A DNA stretch of 64,000 nucleotides from assembly GCA_964016885.1 (NCBI GenBank), contig OZ024740.1, forward strand, positions 222,208,001 to 222,272,000, given 5' to 3'. The DNA is from Eledone cirrhosa (taxonomy: Eukaryota). The position numbers and the translations under genes were made by a program. A model generated the notes under the pieces. It did no database searches, was not told the DNA's origin, and was given only the letters and a program-made list of their open reading frames with translations. Shown here in pieces: positions 59,462-64,000 of the stretch (its first letter is position 1; each line of letters begins with the position of its first letter).

Positions 59462-60408
59462 CATATACAGAATGTGACATAAAGGGAGTATTATCAATTC
59501 ATATAAACACTTGTTCATATATTTATTTATTTACTTATAATCATTATTCCAGAAATTTGCCACTTGCTTCTTGAAACGAATGGCTACAATGCCTTCTAGG
59601 TAGTGGACAGAGACGCAAGTATTTCTAATAGAAAAACAAATATCTTCATTACTGTATGTAAATCTGTGCTGACTAGTTTGAAAATAATAGCAAATAAAAC
59701 ATTTCAGTGAGCTCTCTCTCCCAAAGCCGACGACAAAAGGCAATTTTTTTACACGATCGATTAAACACATTTATGCGAAAACTTTTGTAGGTATTTCCTC
59801 CTCTTTGAATCTAGTTTTTACTTACACGTTAATCTCAAACAGGTAAATGATTAGTAGTGCTTATTTTAATCGATACGAATCTACACACTTCAAAGTGTTT
59901 TGCAACTACGCTTCACTAATTTCTCTTCTCCTTCGAAGAATTTTTCATATGGAATGTTGTACACGATTTTCTCGCTTTCTGAATTTATCCGTAAAATTAC
60001 ACTGTCAATAGTAAAATGCAGGTGTTACCATCTCAGATCTTTAGCCTTATGTAGACATATGCAAGCATTAATCAACATCATAAAAATAGCAAATCAGGAG
60101 TGAATTGCCGTCTCCGTGAATGTTTCACTCTCTCCCAAGGCATGCCGGACTATTGAACACAGTTTCATATAAATATATATTCCTCATTTGGAGCAGCTAT
60201 ACTTCTGCTAAACAATTTTTTTTTTCATCGGAATTTTTTTTATTATGTTTTTTTAAATTACTATATATATATGATGATTTCCTTTGAATGAAACAGTTCT
60301 AGTCCTGTATAAATCATTTCTATATTAAATATTTATACTCTGCTATGTATTGAATACCTTACTGTGGTTACCCCCGATTGAACACGGGATACATGCATAC
60401 ACACAGTA

Positions 60409-60461
<53 letters not shown>

Positions 60462-60765
60462 GGTGTTAAAGTTTGCTTGAAGCATTGTGAAATGTGTAAA
60501 ATATGTAGTTTAGAAAGCCACAACAATGCAGATGGGAAATCTCGAGGTAAGAAGTGAGTGAGAAATAGGAGAAAAGCTTAGCCTGTTCCCCCCCTTTTGG
60601 AACTTTCCCCCGTTGATGGGCGTGAGCCCGAAATATTGGGATTAAATCTCCACTACGGTAACCCTTCTACCTTTGTTTTGTTTTCATTTTCATTTTCACT
60701 TTTCTCCTATTTCTCACTCACTTCTTACCTCGAGATTTCCCATCTGCATTGTTGTGGCTTTCTAA

Positions 60766-60830
<65 letters not shown>

Positions 60831-61879
60831 ATTGTAACGTCCAGTTAGAGCAATTTCACCAGAGTGAGCACTCGATGTGTAGTTTCCAGCAGGTATATTG
60901 GTGTTGTACTAAGCAGAGTGTAACACTAATAATAATAAAAAACACGAAATGTTAGATTTTCATTACGTTTATTGAGGTGTGATGCACGTTTCACGATTGT
61001 TCAGCTCAAAGCCTGATCTGTATATATCGGGCCAGACTCTTAAATCCAAAGCTCTTCGGACTTCTGTTATAATAATGACCTTTGTTATGGTAATGATTCT
61101 GTCATTAACATAAGAGAATTCCGACGAGCTTTTGATATCAGAGTCGAGCCAGATCGAAACAGGTCGAGCATAGAGCTGATCAATCGCGAAACGCGTGACT
61201 TACCTCGAAAACCGTAATAAAAATCTAACCCTTCGCTCTTTTCATTATTATTAGTATATATATATAAACTGTAATATAAGTTTGGTAGAAATACCCAAGG
61301 TTAAGAGCACTCAGTTCATAGGACGACTTAAGTATAATTAGTTACAACAGTGACATATACATGTACTTACGTTTCCTTGGGTTATAAATCCCCACTCATT
61401 CCGCCTGTTATATAAAATAAAATGCCTACCTTCACGGGTTGATTTTGTGTGTCTAAGATAAAAAGGCCCACCAAATGGCTTATCAGCACTGTCAAATGAT
61501 CCCTTCGGCACAACGAATAGGTGGTTGTTCATGTATTTCTTTATCCAGGCGCCGTCATTATTAAAGTATGTGTGTGTGTATGGGGGGGGGGGGGGGTCTA
61601 CCCCGTATGTTAACTGTGAAAAGAAGAATATACTGTCGCAAATGGCTTCAGAGAAACAATGTTTAAATACTCGCCTAGACTGGTTTAGTCGCTGTCCACA
61701 CGTAGCGAAATACATCATCAGAAAATAGTATAGACCAGACTAACTCATTTTTATTGCATGGAATTTCAAATTATCTAATTTCTTTGCATTATATAAACAT
61801 CTTGTTTATTTATTGCTAAATTCGAAATTACCTGCCCTTGGCGAACTCTGGCGTGTTTTCTAAATCTACCTGTGGAGAT

Positions 61880-62330
61880 AGCTATTTTCTTTTTATATAA
61901 CAGATTGAATGAGTTTGGGTGTATATCCCAACGAAACTTAAGTACCTCTATATATCACAGTTGGACCTTTATGAAAATCTATGATTTTGGATATGTTTAA
62001 ATCCTCACACTACATCATCCGTACTACTTACCAGTATGCGAGAATTTGTAAATATGGAACGATTTGAACGTTTTAACAACAGATGACATGGCGGTCATCT
62101 AAATTTTACTCAACTGACCATTGAAGCAAGATTTACTCAACTGATCATTGAAGCTAGAACTGGCACCGAAATCTACCTCAAATTAGACTGCATGGCGTGA
62201 GAAAATAGGAGAGCTATATAACAGTGTGCCTGAGAGTAAAATGGAACGGTTTTGTATTGAAATGTCTTAGATCGATTGAAGCCAACCTCGACTGCAAAAC
62301 GGCAGGAGCAACCAGACTAACAACAACAAA
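61880..62330 (+). mobile_element. Possible highly decayed Tc1-like transposase C-terminus
   Basis: Fragments FGCIS, LTIEA and NSVPESKMERFCIEMS..RLK..AK..GAT resemble the Tc1 motifs WGCIS, LNPIE and SMPxRL..AKGG.T. There are many frameshifts. Confidence 0.3.
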
Positions 62331-62915
62331 CAACATCGAAATGATTTGTATCTCATTAAGGTATCTATTTCAAACAAGTTTGGAGTAAATTTCTTTGCAA
62401 AGTAATTAGCGAAGTTTCCACTAGAAACCATCAATGTAAAGTAATAAAAGAATATTTCGTTTAGCTCGTCTAGATCTTGGAATCAAACAGCAGCATCTCT
62501 CTAGTTAGGGTTGTGTTGTATAGCATTCGCTATTTTGTTACAATTTACTATCATACTGATTATATTATAGTATTTTTAAAATTCGCTGTTAGTTGCATAA
62601 AACAACACTCAAAAGTTCTCGTAGTGTTCACTTTAAAGATTATATAAGCTCTGGTAATATAAGTCTAATTAGTACGCATCTGTATTGGCATAAAAGAAGC
62701 GACTATCACGAAATTTTAATTAATCATAGATATACACAGCGAGGAAATAAAGTAAAAACTATAATTACTTAATGAAATCACGAAAAGTATACATTCACAC
62801 TTACATATATGTATTTTATATCTGTACATGCATACTCATATATATCTCATATATATATATATTATTCAAAATATTAATAAATGAAAAATATTCTCATAAT
62901 CAAAATATAATTTGT

Positions 62916-62948
<33 letters not shown>

Positions 62949-62949
62949 C

Positions 62950-63012
<63 letters not shown>

Positions 63013-63267
63013 AAATAAAGATCCGAAGGCATGGTATAAATTTCCAATCATTTTAATACATATATATGTATGTATATATAGTGAAAATGAAGAGAGATGA
63101 AAAGTAATTGAAATAATATCACATATATTACATATGTACGCACATTATAGGCGTGAAAAGTATAGGTGTGAATAGATATTTCCAGTTTAAAATGAAAGTA
63201 TATATGTATGTATATATATATGTGTGTGTGTGTGTATATATACATATATATATGTGTGTGTGTATGG

Positions 63268-63306
<39 letters not shown>

Positions 63307-63823
63307 TGTGTGTGTGTTTGTGTGTGTGCGTGTTTGTATGTGCGTGTGTATATGAGCGTGTAATCCTCTATGAATGTATATATATATATATATATATATA
63401 TTTACATACATATATGTGTGTGCAACCAACAGACATAGACAGACGCACGAAATACCTCACACGCATACATATATAAATATATATGTATGTATGTGTGTGC
63501 TTGTGTGCGTTTGTGTTTGTCTTAATGATCACACATTTTTTGTAGTTTCTTATTAGCAAATTAAAATGAAAATAATTAGGAAATGCTTTCGTCTTGTGAA
63601 AATAATTACATTCTTAATAAAGACTTTTCATAAATTCACACAAAGCAAAAACGTTTATCCAATATCATTCATTTCTTTTCACTAATACAGCACAATTAAA
63701 CATATATTAGCAATTTTCCACCAGATCTCTATTACTTTTGTTTAACCCCAGATTAAACCTGACTGAGCAGATCTATTATAAAAGGCATTCCATTTGTGAA
63801 TATCACGTCTGTTTATGCAGCAT

Positions 63824-63831
63824 TTCTTCTT

Positions 63832-63865
<34 letters not shown>

Positions 63866-64000
63866 ATTCCTGCGAGGGTCGTGGGGGCAGAGTCCTCAAG
63901 CACTCCTTCCAGCGGGTCCTGTCCGAAGCAACGGTCTCCAACTGATCTGACTGGTTCGCCAAGCGAGATCAGCCAAGCTCATTGATGTTATCCAACCAGC
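63824..64000 (-). mobile_element. 3' end of an RTE-clade LINE with a (GAA)n tail
   Basis: Minus strand WLDNINELG*..LETVASDRTRWKECLRTL..RRNK*, followed immediately by (GAA)n. Confidence 0.75.

Noticed and set aside
59531-60103. Short non-repetitive ORFs, possibly a host exon or transposase relic
   Set aside because: No recognisable domain, continuous frame or convincing splice sites.

Overview
AT-rich, microsatellite-saturated eukaryotic non-coding DNA. The SINE and repeat content is most consistent with a cephalopod (Octopus-like) genome, which is an inference. I found no credible host protein-coding gene; almost all listed ORFs are translated (TA)n/(CA)n tracts. Recognisable elements are three remnants of Penelope-like retroelements (PLE; GIY-YIG endonuclease, one with the RT C-terminal region), an internally deleted mariner transposon, RTE-like LINE ends, several tRNA-type SINEs and Helitron-like fragments. 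The main hidden signal is a dense set of hammerhead ribozymes (HHRs). By eye I count 20 motifs with an intact CUGANGA / GAAA / NUH core, in about 12 sequence families that are mostly unalignable, plus more than 10 decayed or variant copies. They sit in short (~0.13-0.6 kb) non-coding units, usually bounded by (TA)n tracts and arranged as inverted and tandem repeats, as in PLE pseudo-LTRs or retrozymes. Several families have very long, branched stem II insertions. Three families share an octamer plus TATA cassette at fixed spacing just upstream of the ribozyme. All structures were folded by eye and have not been computed or tested.
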